From assembly GCA_045159875.1 (NCBI GenBank), contig CP067995.1, forward strand, positions 1,600,001 through 1,664,000: DNA of 64,000 nt. The letters run 5' to 3'. A program made the position numbers and the translations under genes. This document shows positions 34,389 through 45,592 of this stretch, piece after piece. How positions within the stretch are numbered: the first letter of the stretch is position 1; every line of letters starts with the position of its first letter. The notes under the pieces are model-generated. The model was not told where the DNA came from and ran no database searches. It saw only the letters and a list, made by a program, of their open reading frames with translations. Source of the stretch: a cyanobacterium endosymbiont of Rhopalodia gibba. Lineage in GTDB: Bacteria; Cyanobacteriota; Cyanobacteriia; Cyanobacteriales; Microcystaceae.

Positions 34389-34667
34389 TTTTTATAGATA
34401 GCTTGTTATCTAATTTTAATTGAGATTAGAATAACTAAAGGTTTAAATTAGTATATTATTGTAAATAATATTCAATCTAACAAGAATTTCAAACTCTTTC
34501 CATCTTCAGTAGCTCCCCACACCCTGTAATCGAATCTTAACTCGATCTAAAAGAAGATGCTTGAGAGTAACTAAATACGTAATAATGGACAATGCGTCTT
34601 TTGATTTAGCCAGACTAAACCAGAAAACGTGACTTTTTGTATGACGATAAAACTAAGATTAATTCCG

Positions 34668-36464
34668 ATGCGAACTCATTATTGCGGCGACCTAAGAGCA
34701 ACTGATATTAATAAAACCGTTACCCTATTTGGTTGGGTTGATCGCCGAAGAGATCATGGAGGTGTAGTCTTCATTGACTTACGTGATCGCACAGGAATTA
34801 TCCAAATTGTTAGTGACCCACAACGAACCCCTGACTCTTATCCCGATGCAGAAAACCTACGTAGCGAATATGTAGTTAAAATAGTAGGTTGTGTAAGTCA
34901 ACGTCCCTCAGAGTCTCTCAACCTGAAATTATTGACCGGAGAAGTAGAAATATATGCTGATAGTATAGAATTACTTAACGGAGTGGATAAGCAACTTCCC
35001 TTTGTGATATCGAGTTTGGAAGCAGAATTAGTCAGAGAGGATGTTCGTCTCAAGTATCGCTACTTGGACTTAAGGCGTGATAGCATGTCCAAAAACTTGC
35101 AGTTACGTCATAGGGTAGTTAAAGCAATACGTCGCTATCTCGAAGATGAACAACAGTTTATGGAGATAGAAACTCCCATTCTTACTCGCTCTACCCCTGA
35201 AGGAGCACGAGATTATTTAGTTCCTTCCCGTGTTAACCCTGGTCAATGGTATGCTTTACCACAATCCCCTCAATTATTTAAGCAATTATTGATGATATCG
35301 GGATATGATCGCTACTATCAGATTGCCCGTTGTTTCCGCGATGAGGATTTACGGGCTGATAGACAACCAGAATTTACTCAACTAGACATGGAAATGAGTT
35401 TCATGTCCGAAGAAGAGATTTTAGACTTGAATGAGGGGTTAGTTTGCTATATTTTCAGAACTGTCAAAGATATTGAAATTGCCCGTCCCTTTCCTCGTCT
35501 AACCTATGCAGAAACTATGGAAAAATATGGGACAGATTGCCCTGATACACGTTTTGATTTAACTTTAGTTGATGTTTCAAGCATTGTTAAAGATAGTGGA
35601 TTTAAAGTTTTTGCCGATGCAATTAAAAATGGTGGAAAAGTAAAAGTTTTACCGATTCCTGGGGGGAATGAAGCAATTTCTAATGTAAGAATTAAACCTG
35701 GGGGAGATTTATTCGAAAAGGCTACTGATGCAGGAGCCAAAGGAATTGCTTTTATTCGAGTCAAAGATAATAATCAACTTGATACTATTGGGGCAATAAA
35801 AGATAATTTGAATCAAGAACAAAAAGCTGAATTATTAGCTAAAACACGAGCTAAACCAGGAGATTTATTGCTATTTGGAGCAGGGAATATGGATGTAGTT
35901 AATAGATCTTTATCTCGATTGCGATTAGTAATTGGAGAACAGTTAGGATTAATCGATCATGAGCAAGTTAATTTACTTTGGATCACTGAATTCCCCATGT
36001 TTGAATGGAATGCTAATGAAAACCGATTAGAAGCATTACATCATCCCTTTACTGCACCTAATCCAGAAGATTTAAATGATCTCGAAACGGCTAGATCACA
36101 AGCTTATGACTTGGTCTACAATGGAGTAGAAATTGGAGGTGGAAGTCTAAGAATTTATAAAAAAGAAATCCAGGAAAAAGTATTTGCAACTATTGGCTTA
36201 TCTAAGTCGGAAGTATACAATAAGTTCGGTTTTTTGTTAGAGGCTTTTGAATATGGAACTCCTCCTCATGGAGGTATTGCATACGGGTTAGATCGCTTAG
36301 TGATGTTGTTAGCTGGAGAAGATTCCATAAGAGATGTTATCGCATTTCCGAAAACTCAACAAGCAAGTTGTTCACTTACACAAGCACCAGCTGCTGTTGA
36401 CGACAAACAATTAAAAGAATTGCAAGTTAAATTTATTGATAAACCTAAATCTAAACCTGAATAA
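34668..36464 (+). CDS. aspS: Aspartate--tRNA(Asp/Asn) ligase
   Basis: MRTHYCG start, RRRDHGG (His typical of non-discriminating AspRS), [36 protein letters not shown]. Confidence 0.98.
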   Translation: MRTHYCGDLRATDINKTVTLFGWVDRRRDHGGVVFIDLRDRTGIIQIVSDPQRTPDSYPDAENLRSEYVVKIVGCVSQRPSESLNLKLLTGEVEIYADSIELLNGVDKQLPFVISSLEAELVREDVRLKYRYLDLRRDSMSKNLQLRHRVVKAIRRYLEDEQQFMEIETPILTRSTPEGARDYLVPSRVNPGQWYALPQSPQLFKQLLMISGYDRYYQIARCFRDEDLRADRQPEFTQLDMEMSFMSEEEILDLNEGLVCYIFRTVKDIEIARPFPRLTYAETMEKYGTDCPDTRFDLTLVDVSSIVKDSGFKVFADAIKNGGKVKVLPIPGGNEAISNVRIKPGGDLFEKATDAGAKGIAFIRVKDNNQLDTIGAIKDNLNQEQKAELLAKTRAKPGDLLLFGAGNMDVVNRSLSRLRLVIGEQLGLIDHEQVNLLWITEFPMFEWNANENRLEALHHPFTAPNPEDLNDLETARSQAYDLVYNGVEIGGGSLRIYKKEIQEKVFATIGLSKSEVYNKFGFLLEAFEYGTPPHGGIAYGLDRLVMLLAGEDSIRDVIAFPKTQQASCSLTQAPAAVDDKQLKELQVKFIDKPKSKPE

Positions 36465-36479
36465 TTAAGATAAACCAGT

Positions 36480-36540
36480 AATGAGGTCATCTTACTCAGT
36501 TTCGTTTTTCCGAAACGAAACTGAGTAAGATGACCTCATT
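36480..36540. repeat. Perfect 28-bp-arm hairpin between convergent aspS and gapN
   Basis: AATGAGGTCATCTTACTCAGTTTCGTTT-ttccg-AAACGAAACTGAGTAAGATGACCTCATT. Confidence 0.95.
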
Positions 36541-36766
36541 TTACCTAAGTTCTAGAGGTAAAACAATTTGCGGATAACCCATCACAATTAAAATTTTATA
36601 CTTCTGATTATTTCGTTAAAAAAGTCATAAGTAGTCAACTACATCCTCTCTATTCAGAAAGTCTAAAATTTGATTTCTTATTACTTTTTAGTGAATCAAA
36701 AAAATAAGTATTAATTCTCAGCTCTTTCTAACAGAAAGGAGGCAAGGGATGAATTAGATAATTTAC

Positions 36767-38392
36767 TTATAAAATGAAATCAGTAGACAAAAAATTAGAC
36801 TTATGTTCCCTGACAATTTCAGAAATTAATTTTTTATTAAGATCAATTTCTTTAGCTGCTACTAAAGTCCGGATGGAAAAAGCTCTTAAAGCATCATTAA
36901 CTGATAAAGTTCCCTCTGCAGAATCTTTTCGTCCAGTGAACGGGAAAGTATCAGGTCCCCGTTGACATTGACTATTTAAATTAACCCGACAAACTTGATT
37001 AACTAAGGGGTCAACTAATTGGGCTATCTCTTCTGTGTTCTGTCCAAAAATACTTACTTGTTGTCCGTAGTCTGACTGCACTAAGTAGTCAATAGGAGTC
37101 TCAATATCATCAAAAGGAACAATGGGAATAACTGGTCCAAATTGTTCGACAGAATAAATTTTCATTTGTTCGTTGACAGGATAAAGAACTGCTGGATAAA
37201 AGAAGGTTTCATTAATGGTTCCTCCTGCCTCATTAATCACATCAGCCCCATGTTTTTTTGCATCTTCTACTAAGTCTTGAAGATACTGAGGTTTTCCTGG
37301 TTCGGCAATGGGAGTTAAGAAAACTCCTTCTTCCCATGGCATCCCAAATTTAAGGTTACTGATCGCTTCAATAAACTTATTTAAAAACTTATCAATAATA
37401 ACAGTATGCACAAAAAGAATCTTAATAGCAGTACACCTTTGTCCATTGTAGGATAGAGTTCCTAAAATACATTCTTTAACAGCCAAATCTAAATCGGCAT
37501 GGGGTAAAATAATTCCTGGATTTTTAGCTTCCAATCCTAAAATTGATCTTAAACGGTAAGATTTTGGGTGTTGTTTTTTGAGGTTGTTAGCTGCTTTACT
37601 ACTTCCAATAAAAGCTAAAGCATCAATTTTTCCTGACTCCATTAATGCAGGTGAAATCGTTCGACCGTTACCATAAATAGTATTAACAACTCCAGGGGGA
37701 AAAGCTTCTTTAAACGCTTCTAATAAGGGATAGTTTAACAACACCCCTGGACGGGGGGCTTTGACAACAACAGTATTCCCCATAATTAAGGCGGGAATTA
37801 GAGTCGTAAATGTTTCGTTGAGGGGATAATTAGCTGGTCCCATGCTCAAGACAATCCCCAAGGGTGCGCGGCGAATTTGTCCTATAACTCCTTGGGTAAT
37901 CTCAAAGCGCGAAGAAACTCGATCTAGATTTTTAAGAGCATCAATAGTGTCTTCAATATAGTTAACAGTTCGGTCAAATTCTTTACAAGAATCTGTATAA
38001 GATTTCCCAATTTCCCACATTAAAAGATTGACGACTTCTGCTCGTTTTTCCTTCATTCGATAGGCAAAGTCTTGGAGGCATTCAATTCGTTGACCAACGG
38101 GCATAGTTGGCCATTTTCCGCGTCCATTATCATAGGCTTTTGCTGCTGCATCTAAAGCAGATAAAGCTGCTTCTTGTCCTAAACAGGGAAAGTCCCCAAT
38201 TTTTTTGCGAGTTAATCCTTGAGGTGTTTTTAGGTAAATAGGAGATAAGGATTCCTCCATTTCTCCATTCCAAACCTCTAGATTTCCATTGATTAGATAT
38301 TCTCGTTGTTCGATAGAACTTTTTAGGTGAAATTCTGGAGGAATATTTTCAAGAGAAGGAAAAATATTGTTGATTTTTGCAATAATACTCAT
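36767..38392 (-). CDS. gapN: NADP-dependent non-phosphorylating glyceraldehyde-3-phosphate dehydrogenase (ALDH family)
   Basis: RRAPLGIVL.MGP.NYPLN, FIGSS, LEAKN, YNGQRCTAIK, EQFGP, QRGPD.FPF.G.K.S. Confidence 0.85.
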   Translation of the reverse strand: MSIIAKINNIFPSLENIPPEFHLKSSIEQREYLINGNLEVWNGEMEESLSPIYLKTPQGLTRKKIGDFPCLGQEAALSALDAAAKAYDNGRGKWPTMPVGQRIECLQDFAYRMKEKRAEVVNLLMWEIGKSYTDSCKEFDRTVNYIEDTIDALKNLDRVSSRFEITQGVIGQIRRAPLGIVLSMGPANYPLNETFTTLIPALIMGNTVVVKAPRPGVLLNYPLLEAFKEAFPPGVVNTIYGNGRTISPALMESGKIDALAFIGSSKAANNLKKQHPKSYRLRSILGLEAKNPGIILPHADLDLAVKECILGTLSYNGQRCTAIKILFVHTVIIDKFLNKFIEAISNLKFGMPWEEGVFLTPIAEPGKPQYLQDLVEDAKKHGADVINEAGGTINETFFYPAVLYPVNEQMKIYSVEQFGPVIPIVPFDDIETPIDYLVQSDYGQQVSIFGQNTEEIAQLVDPLVNQVCRVNLNSQCQRGPDTFPFTGRKDSAEGTLSVNDALRAFSIRTLVAAKEIDLNKKLISEIVREHKSNFLSTDFIL

Positions 38393-38430
38393 GATGTTTT
38401 GTTATGTTGTTTAATAACTTTAAAGATATA

Positions 38431-39434
38431 TCAAATATCAACTTGTTTAAAGATGTTTGGTAAAATTTTAGCTGAGTTTAATAATTGCTTCCTTTCCATC
38501 TCATTGAGAAATAAGTTAACGTATTTTAATGCTACTCCTTCATCAACAACGATGAATAAACTAGAACAAGCATATTGATGTTATAGAATCCCTGAACTTG
38601 AGGAATAATAGTTAAAATCAGCTTCTGACACCATAAGATTATCTTAAGTAATACCTGTCACTACTAAATCAATAGCATTGACACCATAGCCTTTCAGTTT
38701 GTAAATTTTATATACAGCATCTTTTACTTAGTTAAAAACATTATTTTATTTTTTTTTAAAAATTATAATAAGTTTTGCCCCTTTCGCGAGGAAATTTTAA
38801 TTTCCCCAATGTGTATGCTAGTCGATTAATCGAACTTACTGTTCTGATCTCCTATGACTTTAGGTATAAAAATTCATTACTAAGATTCAAGTTTTAGGAT
38901 AAAAAAACGAGGAAAAGGATTATATCTAAAATAGCTATTTATCCCAAGACTATTACGCTAAAAAATTACAATTTTTTTAAAAAAACGTTAAATTAGAATA
39001 TTAATACTTAGATTTAACTATTAATAGAGTTACTAATAATAAATAAGATGGCATCAAAACATAATTTTACCATTTCATTAAAGATACTTTTAGAGACATT
39101 AACATTGCGCTTTCTTAATTCTAAACTATTTGCTCCTGTTTTTTGAGTCTCTTTGGCTGCAATGATTGTCATATCAGCATCTTTCACCGTAAAGTTTATC
39201 TTAGTAATAGTTTATCGAAAATAAAAAATAGATTTTGTGCACTAGTTTTATAATCTCTTTTTACACTTTTTTTTATTACTTTTTGTTAAAACTACTTTTA
39301 TCAAGTAGTTTTAACAAAAAATATAATTAAGTCTATACTGTCTTCACCTATCTGCAAAAAATAACTCCTTTTTGAAGGAAAACAGTAGCAGAATTTCTCT
39401 CATTAAGGATAGGAATAAAAAAACAATCAAACAT
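38431..39434 (-). pseudogene. ldh: L-lactate dehydrogenase pseudogene, near full length
   Basis: Collinear fragments: MFD...KGVIF, EIIKLVH, KDADMTIIAAKETQKTG..SLEL.KRNV...MVKLCFDAILFIISN, ILD..F, VIGDQ, KDAVYKIYKLKGY..NAIDL.VT.I, LNEMERKQLLNSAKIL. Confidence 0.85.
39280..39320. repeat. Perfect 18-bp-arm inverted repeat inside the ldh pseudogene
   Basis: TTTTTGTTAAAACTACTT-ttatc-AAGTAGTTTTAACAAAAA. Confidence 0.9.
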
Positions 39435-40065
39435 GCTTGATCCTGAAGAGAATTGAATATTAATTTGAAGATTATACTAAATAATGGACTAAGGCTAAAA
39501 TTAAGTTTTCAAAAAACTGACAAGAACTCTATCTTTAAAAGATACTACAGCTTTTTCTTCTATAAAGATCAAAGAATTAAGTTTTTTTTCAAAATAAGAG
39601 ATTGTTTGCAATCCAAATATTAAGTAGGATTCCTTAGATGAATTTTTATTCTAAGAAACAAACTAAAATTTCTAGAATACTGTGTTTTCTAATCAAGAAT
39701 ACATCGTAACACTACACTGCGCTAATCTACTAGAATTTAACTTAGTTGATATGAACTATAAAAAACTCTCAAAAAAATATACTTGAAAAATTTATAAGAA
39801 TGGATACAGCAAACGATTTTGTAATTTAAAAACTGTGATTTCGAGAATTTGCATATTAAGAGGTCAAATAAATTAGTATAAATAGATATTTTAAATAGTA
39901 AAAAAGTCACGAGAGTTATTCAAAATTGTTTAAGGGATTGAATGTCTTGTATTTTGTACACTCACCTTTAAGACTTTATTGTAACTAGGAATTTTTTAAA
40001 AAACTAGAGGATAGTTCAGGGTACAATAAAAAACAGGCAAATGAACTAAATAGTGAAAGTCCCCT

Positions 40066-41151
40066 ATGACGCGGCAATACACAATTACCCTTCTCCCTGG
40101 TGATGGCATTGGGCCCGAAATCTTGACAGTTGCTGTGAAGATTCTACATGTCATTGGAAAACAGTTTGATATCAAATTTAACTTTAAAGAAGCCCTCATT
40201 GGAGGATCAGCGATCGATGCGACGGGGAAGCCTCTTCCTGAAGAGACCTTAACTTGCTGTCGCAACAGTGATGCTGTTTTATTAGCTGCCATTGGGGGGT
40301 ATAAGTGGGATAATCTCCCTCGTTATCAACGTCCTGAAACAGGATTATTAGCTATCCGTGCTGGACTTAACCTTTTTGCTAACTTGCGTCCTGCAACTAT
40401 TTTTCCCCAACTAATTGATGCTTCTTCCCTTAAAGCAGAAGTGATAGAAGGAGTTGATATCATGGTGGTTCGAGAATTGACAGGGGGCATTTATTTTGGA
40501 CAACCTAAAGGTGTTTTTGAGACAGAAACAGGGGAAAAACGGGGAGTCAACACAATGGCTTATATAGAGTCAGAAGTTGACCGTATTGCCAAAGTTGCTT
40601 TTGAAATAGCCCAAAAACGAAGCAGTAAGTTATGTTCTGTTGACAAAGCTAATGTCTTAGATGTGTCTCAATTATGGCGTGATCGTGTTAATCATATAGC
40701 ATCAGAATACCCTAATGTAGAACTTTCTCACCTTTATGTTGACAACGCAGTGATGCAGTTAGTTTGCGCTCCTAAGCAGTTTGATACTATTTTGACAGGT
40801 AATTTATTTGGGGATATTCTCTCCGATGCGGCGGCTATGTTAACTGGTAGTATTGGGATGTTACCCTCAGCTAGTTTAGGCTTAGAAAAACCAGGTTTAT
40901 TTGAACCTGTCCACGGTTCAGCCCCTGATATTGCTGGACAAGATAAGGCTAACCCCCTCGCCCAAGTACTAAGTGCAGCCATGATGTTACGGTATGGATT
41001 AAATGAACCTAACGCGGCAGATAAAATTGAACAAGGGGTATTAGAAGTGTTAGCTAAAGGCTATCGGACAGGAGATATTATGTCCCCGCAGATGAAAGCA
41101 TTAGGGTGTCAAGAAATGGGAGATGTATTACTCAAAGTAGTGGAATCTTAA
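40066..41151 (+). CDS. leuB: 3-isopropylmalate dehydrogenase
   Basis: [48 protein letters not shown]. Confidence 0.98.
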   Translation: MTRQYTITLLPGDGIGPEILTVAVKILHVIGKQFDIKFNFKEALIGGSAIDATGKPLPEETLTCCRNSDAVLLAAIGGYKWDNLPRYQRPETGLLAIRAGLNLFANLRPATIFPQLIDASSLKAEVIEGVDIMVVRELTGGIYFGQPKGVFETETGEKRGVNTMAYIESEVDRIAKVAFEIAQKRSSKLCSVDKANVLDVSQLWRDRVNHIASEYPNVELSHLYVDNAVMQLVCAPKQFDTILTGNLFGDILSDAAAMLTGSIGMLPSASLGLEKPGLFEPVHGSAPDIAGQDKANPLAQVLSAAMMLRYGLNEPNAADKIEQGVLEVLAKGYRTGDIMSPQMKALGCQEMGDVLLKVVES

Positions 41152-41219
41152 TAGATAAGATATCCGTCTTCGAGTGGGTATTGACTTGTATGGAAATACA
41201 ACAAAAGTCAAGTTGAATT

Positions 41220-41495
41220 ATGGGGAACAAAACAGTGAGATATGCACATCAAAGACCAGATACTAAACAACAAGAAATACAACTGCCTATCACTGTTGAC
41301 TGCGCTGTTTTAAGGGCAGCGCAGCGTATTTATAGAGCCTATTGTGTTTTACATCCAAAACAAAATAGGCGACCTTACGGCATTGCCATTAATCGCAAAA
41401 GTAAACGAGGACAACTAATTTTCCGAAAAAACCCTGTTCTCTTACCTGGAGAAAGCTTTGTCTCGACTAATCAATTTGAAGCTGAAATTCATTAA
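41220..41495 (+). CDS. Conserved cyanobacterial hypothetical protein
   Basis: VD..VLRAAQRIY..Y...RRPYG.AINR...RGQLIF...PVLLPGE.FV pattern; coding-like GC. Confidence 0.65.
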   Translation: MGNKTVRYAHQRPDTKQQEIQLPITVDCAVLRAAQRIYRAYCVLHPKQNRRPYGIAINRKSKRGQLIFRKNPVLLPGESFVSTNQFEAEIH

Positions 41496-41879
41496 CTTCA
41501 CAAAAACTACATATTTACATAGACTTAAATTCATGGAAGTCACAAATCAGTTATTTGAGCATTTCAATCTTGAATGATTAGAGATTCGTAACAGCTTTGT
41601 GTTGCTAATATTTAAGAAATTAGAGTTTGATTTTAATTACTGTCAGTTGACATTTTTTGAAGTAACTATTTTGAGCAACGCTTTGTTTAACTGCCTTACT
41701 TAAATCACATTTTATCTTCAAACATTATTCCTGCAATTTTGTCAGCCTTTATCTGATTACATTCCCTTTCTATTATCTTTAGTTCTGAACTAAAAGTCAA
41801 CTTCTCCTTTTAATCAAGCAAAATTTAAACTTTTATTTTGTTTGGACATTCCTATTATATTTAGTTGTTTTTTTACCCT

Positions 41880-42450
41880 GTAGGATTACTTTTTATTTTT
41901 CTACTTGTATATAAGTTTAATTTATGAGTTTTCATCTGCTAAAACCTAGATTTTTTTAAAAAAATAGCCTTATACGCTTATTATTTAAAATAACACAGAA
42001 TTTACTACTTTGCTTGTTTAGATTATTCTTCTCTAGGATATAGAACATTTTTTGTCATTACCATTTGTTATTTTCATTTTTTTAAAAAAAATAGTTATTA
42101 TATAATCTGCCCTGTTTCTTCTCTTTTTAAGAGAAGAAACAAATATTGACTTCTGTAAGTTTTTGCATCCTCTTCTGATAACTATTTAATATGTTTTATC
42201 TTTTCTTCTTGCTAAGCTTATTTTATCAAAACTTATCTAGGAATTGTTTTTCTAGATAAGTTTTGATGATAAGTTTGCCTAATCTAACTTTCTATCCTCT
42301 TGTGCTTAAATACAATGTCTCTATCTTTGTTCTTGTTTTGGAGTTAACTTTTAATCAATAGTTATCTTTAATAGTTTTTTTTCTAATTGTGTTAGTCTGA
42401 TTTTTAAATGGGCTGGTATCTACGGGCTGATATCTATATAGTTGCTCTTT
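41880..42450 (-). repeat. Decayed dispersed repeat, copy B (homologous to 17890-18495 and, inverted, to about 370-680)
   Basis: Collinear shared blocks such as AATAACACAG(A/T)ATTT, AGGA(T/C)ATAGA, TTTCTTCTCT, CTTTAATA.TTTTTTT, GG(G/A)CTGA(T/C)ATCTAT..TTGCTCTT. Confidence 0.65.
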
Positions 42451-42748
42451 TAAAAAAACTTTTCTATTTTAGACTTATTTGAATTTACCTATTTATTAGG
42501 TATAGAATAACCGTAATGACTTTTTAGGAGATATCATCAATATTAACTGATGATATAGTCAGGTGCTATATAGCCATTAAATAGCTGTTGATGGCAACGA
42601 CACAACAAACAACAGTCCTCTAATTAACAGTTCTTTGTTTTTTAGCAACTGGTGTGAGTCGAAACTCTCATCATCAAAGGCCTTCCAATTTACTTCTCGA
42701 TTTCAGCTTTGTTTTTTTTAACCTTCGTTTTTTGAGGTAACTACTCTA

Positions 42749-44419
42749 ATGTCTAGTTTCCAATCAAAATATCCATGGTGGTATGGATGCGTAATCTATG
42801 AAATTTACATCCGTAGCTTTTACGATAGCAATGGTGATGGTGTAGGAGATTTACCAGGAATCATAAAAAAGCTCGATTATTTAGCATCTCTTCCCATTGA
42901 TGCTCTTTGGATCACACCTTTTTATCAATCTCCGATGAAGGATTATGGATATGATATCTCAGATTATTATGCGGTTGATCCTCTGTTTGGGACCCTAGAA
43001 GATTTTGAAGAATTAATTGAGAGAGCTCACACCCGCAATCTTAAAATTGTAGTTGATCAGGTATGGAGTCATACCTCTGATGTTCATCCTTGGTTTATTG
43101 AAAGTTGTTCAAATCGCCATAATTCCAAGGCGGATTGGTATATTTGGGCTGATGCTAACCAAGGAGATGTTCCAAATAATTGGTTGTCAATTTTCGGAGG
43201 AACTGCTTGGAAATGGTGTGAATCTCGCCAACAATATTATCTTCATAATTTTATCGATAGCCAACCTGATCTCAACTGGCATAACCCTGATGTCGTTAGA
43301 GAAATTATGAAAGTAGTAGAATTTTGGCTAGAAAAAGGAGTTGATGGAGTACGTCTCGATGCTTGTAATTACTACATGCATGATCAAAATCTACTAGATA
43401 ATCCGAGTCGTACCAAAGGAATGCCCAATCAAGATGGGGTTTCTTCCCTTAATCCGTACTCTAAGTTTATTAACCTTCACAATATGAATGAGGTTAAAAA
43501 CATCAAATCCTTAAGACGCATCCGCAAAACCCTGAATAAATACCCTGGAACCTTTGCTATTGGAGAGATTGTGGCGGCTGATGATCCAATGCGACAAACG
43601 GTTGAGTATATTCGGGGAGCAAATCGATTACATACAGCGTACAATAGCGCTTTGTTGGTTAATGAGAAACTAACCCCCAAATTAATTGCCGAGGTGATCG
43701 AAGATTTATCTATTCATCTTGAATCGGATGAGGAAGAAATGATCTGTATCACTATGAGTACTCATGACTTTCCTCGTGCTAGGTCAAGGTGGCAACCGGA
43801 CGATGCTTCTCTAATCCCCGCTTTTGAAAAAATGCTCATTTCTTTGTTACCTACCCTACGGGGCATTATTTCTCTTTATCAAGGGGAAGAATTAGGGCTA
43901 ACAGAAACCAATGTCTCTAAAGAGAAGATGAAAGATCCTTTTGGGATTTTCTTCTATCCTTATTTTGCGGGACGCGATGGCTGTCGAACTCCTATGCCTT
44001 GGGAATCAGATGCAAATAACTTTGGTTTCACAGATAATGAGGAACCTTGGCTTCCTGCCGATGAACGATATCGGTCTCTTGCTGTTTCGGCTCAAGAAGA
44101 GAGAGAAGATTCTATGCTTAACTATTTTCGATTTTTTCTAAAATGGCGTAATCGTCAACCGGCTTTGAAATATGGGTCGGTGGAATTGATTGAAGCAGGA
44201 GATAGTATCTTATCCTTTTTACGAAAAACCCCTGATCAAGAACTTCTTTGTGTCTTTAATATTAGTGAACAAACCAATTCCTATCTTATTTCTTTTCGGT
44301 ATGGAAAGGAAATTGTCGGGTCTAATCTTATAAGTTTCCCAGCAACCAATTTGGGTAATGGACAGAGAACCCTTGAAATGGAACCTTTTGGCTTTGGCAT
44401 TTTTGAACGAGAGTCGTAA
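42749..44419 (+). CDS. GH13 alpha-glucosidase
   Basis: IYEIYIRSFYDSNGDGVGDL, QPDLN, GVRLDA (nucleophile), IGEI (acid/base), THD, GRDGCRTPMPW. Confidence 0.92.
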   Translation: MSSFQSKYPWWYGCVIYEIYIRSFYDSNGDGVGDLPGIIKKLDYLASLPIDALWITPFYQSPMKDYGYDISDYYAVDPLFGTLEDFEELIERAHTRNLKIVVDQVWSHTSDVHPWFIESCSNRHNSKADWYIWADANQGDVPNNWLSIFGGTAWKWCESRQQYYLHNFIDSQPDLNWHNPDVVREIMKVVEFWLEKGVDGVRLDACNYYMHDQNLLDNPSRTKGMPNQDGVSSLNPYSKFINLHNMNEVKNIKSLRRIRKTLNKYPGTFAIGEIVAADDPMRQTVEYIRGANRLHTAYNSALLVNEKLTPKLIAEVIEDLSIHLESDEEEMICITMSTHDFPRARSRWQPDDASLIPAFEKMLISLLPTLRGIISLYQGEELGLTETNVSKEKMKDPFGIFFYPYFAGRDGCRTPMPWESDANNFGFTDNEEPWLPADERYRSLAVSAQEEREDSMLNYFRFFLKWRNRQPALKYGSVELIEAGDSILSFLRKTPDQELLCVFNISEQTNSYLISFRYGKEIVGSNLISFPATNLGNGQRTLEMEPFGFGIFERES

Positions 44420-44804
44420 TTAGGTATTATTATTTGATGCTTCTTCTACTATTGTTAGCAGGAGCGTCAAAAAAAGAAATTATTTTGATTTTAAATTGAG
44501 TAAAAGAAATGATATTGCGGCTAACTTAAAATTTACTCAAGGATTCCCAATAAACCAAAATAACTTAGCTAGTTTTCTAAAAATAAACACAATCAAGACA
44601 ACTGATGAATCGCGACAATTAGTTTTCGACTATCTAGTCTCCAAATCGGTTACACTTTTCCAAAAAGTCCCTAGTTGTCAGTTGATTTCCTTTGAATTCT
44701 TATCCATTTTGTCCCGAATCAACTTAAGAACTTTCATCTATCAAACAAGTCAATGTAATGGATTCATTCATCGGGTAGATTGCTAATTAGTAGATTTATT
44801 ACCA

Positions 44805-45494
44805 TTAAATTGGTAATTGTTGAATATCCTTGTTGGAACCAATGACAACCATTACTAAGTTTTTATCCAGCTTTTCTTGGGGAGTAGGATTAATTTTAAA
44901 TTTATCTTCTTTTCCAGTAGCCAAAACATTTATTTTATAACGATTCCTAAGATTTAATTCCTCAATTGTTTTTCCGTGAAATTCCTCAGGAACCCAAATT
45001 TCTACAATACTGTGATCAGGATCAAGATCAAATCGTTCAAGAATAGCTGGTTTTGTCAGAGTATAAGCCAATTCACACCCAGCATGATATTCAGGAAAGA
45101 CCACTAAATCTGCTCCCACCCGTTCCAATAACTTTCCATGAACCTTAGAAGATGCTTTAGCCACAACCCATTCAACACCACCTTCTTTTACGTTGAGGGC
45201 CGTAACAATACTTTCTTCTAAATAATTCCCAATAGCCACAATTACCGTATCAAATTCGAAAATTCCAGCCTCTTTTAAAGCATTAGGTTGAGTTGAATCT
45301 AATTGAATAGCACTAGAAGCAATTTTCTCATTTAAAACTTGTGCTACTAGGGATTCTTTAATGTCAGTTCCTAATACTTCATAGCCTAATTTATAAAGTG
45401 TTCCAGAGACAGCGCGTCCAAAACGGCCTAAACCAATAACCGCAAATTGACGAGTATCTCGACGAAGATTATTCAAAAACTTTAAGGATTTCAA
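44805..45494 (-). CDS. ktrA: Ktr/Trk K+ uptake NAD-binding subunit
   Basis: FAVIGLGRFG, RCK_N and RCK_C domains. Confidence 0.93.
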   Translation of the reverse strand: MKSLKFLNNLRRDTRQFAVIGLGRFGRAVSGTLYKLGYEVLGTDIKESLVAQVLNEKIASSAIQLDSTQPNALKEAGIFEFDTVIVAIGNYLEESIVTALNVKEGGVEWVVAKASSKVHGKLLERVGADLVVFPEYHAGCELAYTLTKPAILERFDLDPDHSIVEIWVPEEFHGKTIEELNLRNRYKINVLATGKEDKFKINPTPQEKLDKNLVMVVIGSNKDIQQLPI

Positions 45495-45592
45495 TGTTCT
45501 CCCCCTATTCTTTTGTTATTTAAAGGTTGCAGTTTTTAACTCTCAATTTTACCTTTTATGGTTAAAAATCACGAGATAACTTAATCCATTCC

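Noticed and set aside
38327..38578. 83-aa plus-strand ORF
   Set aside because: Antisense to the gapN start and the ldh pseudogene end.
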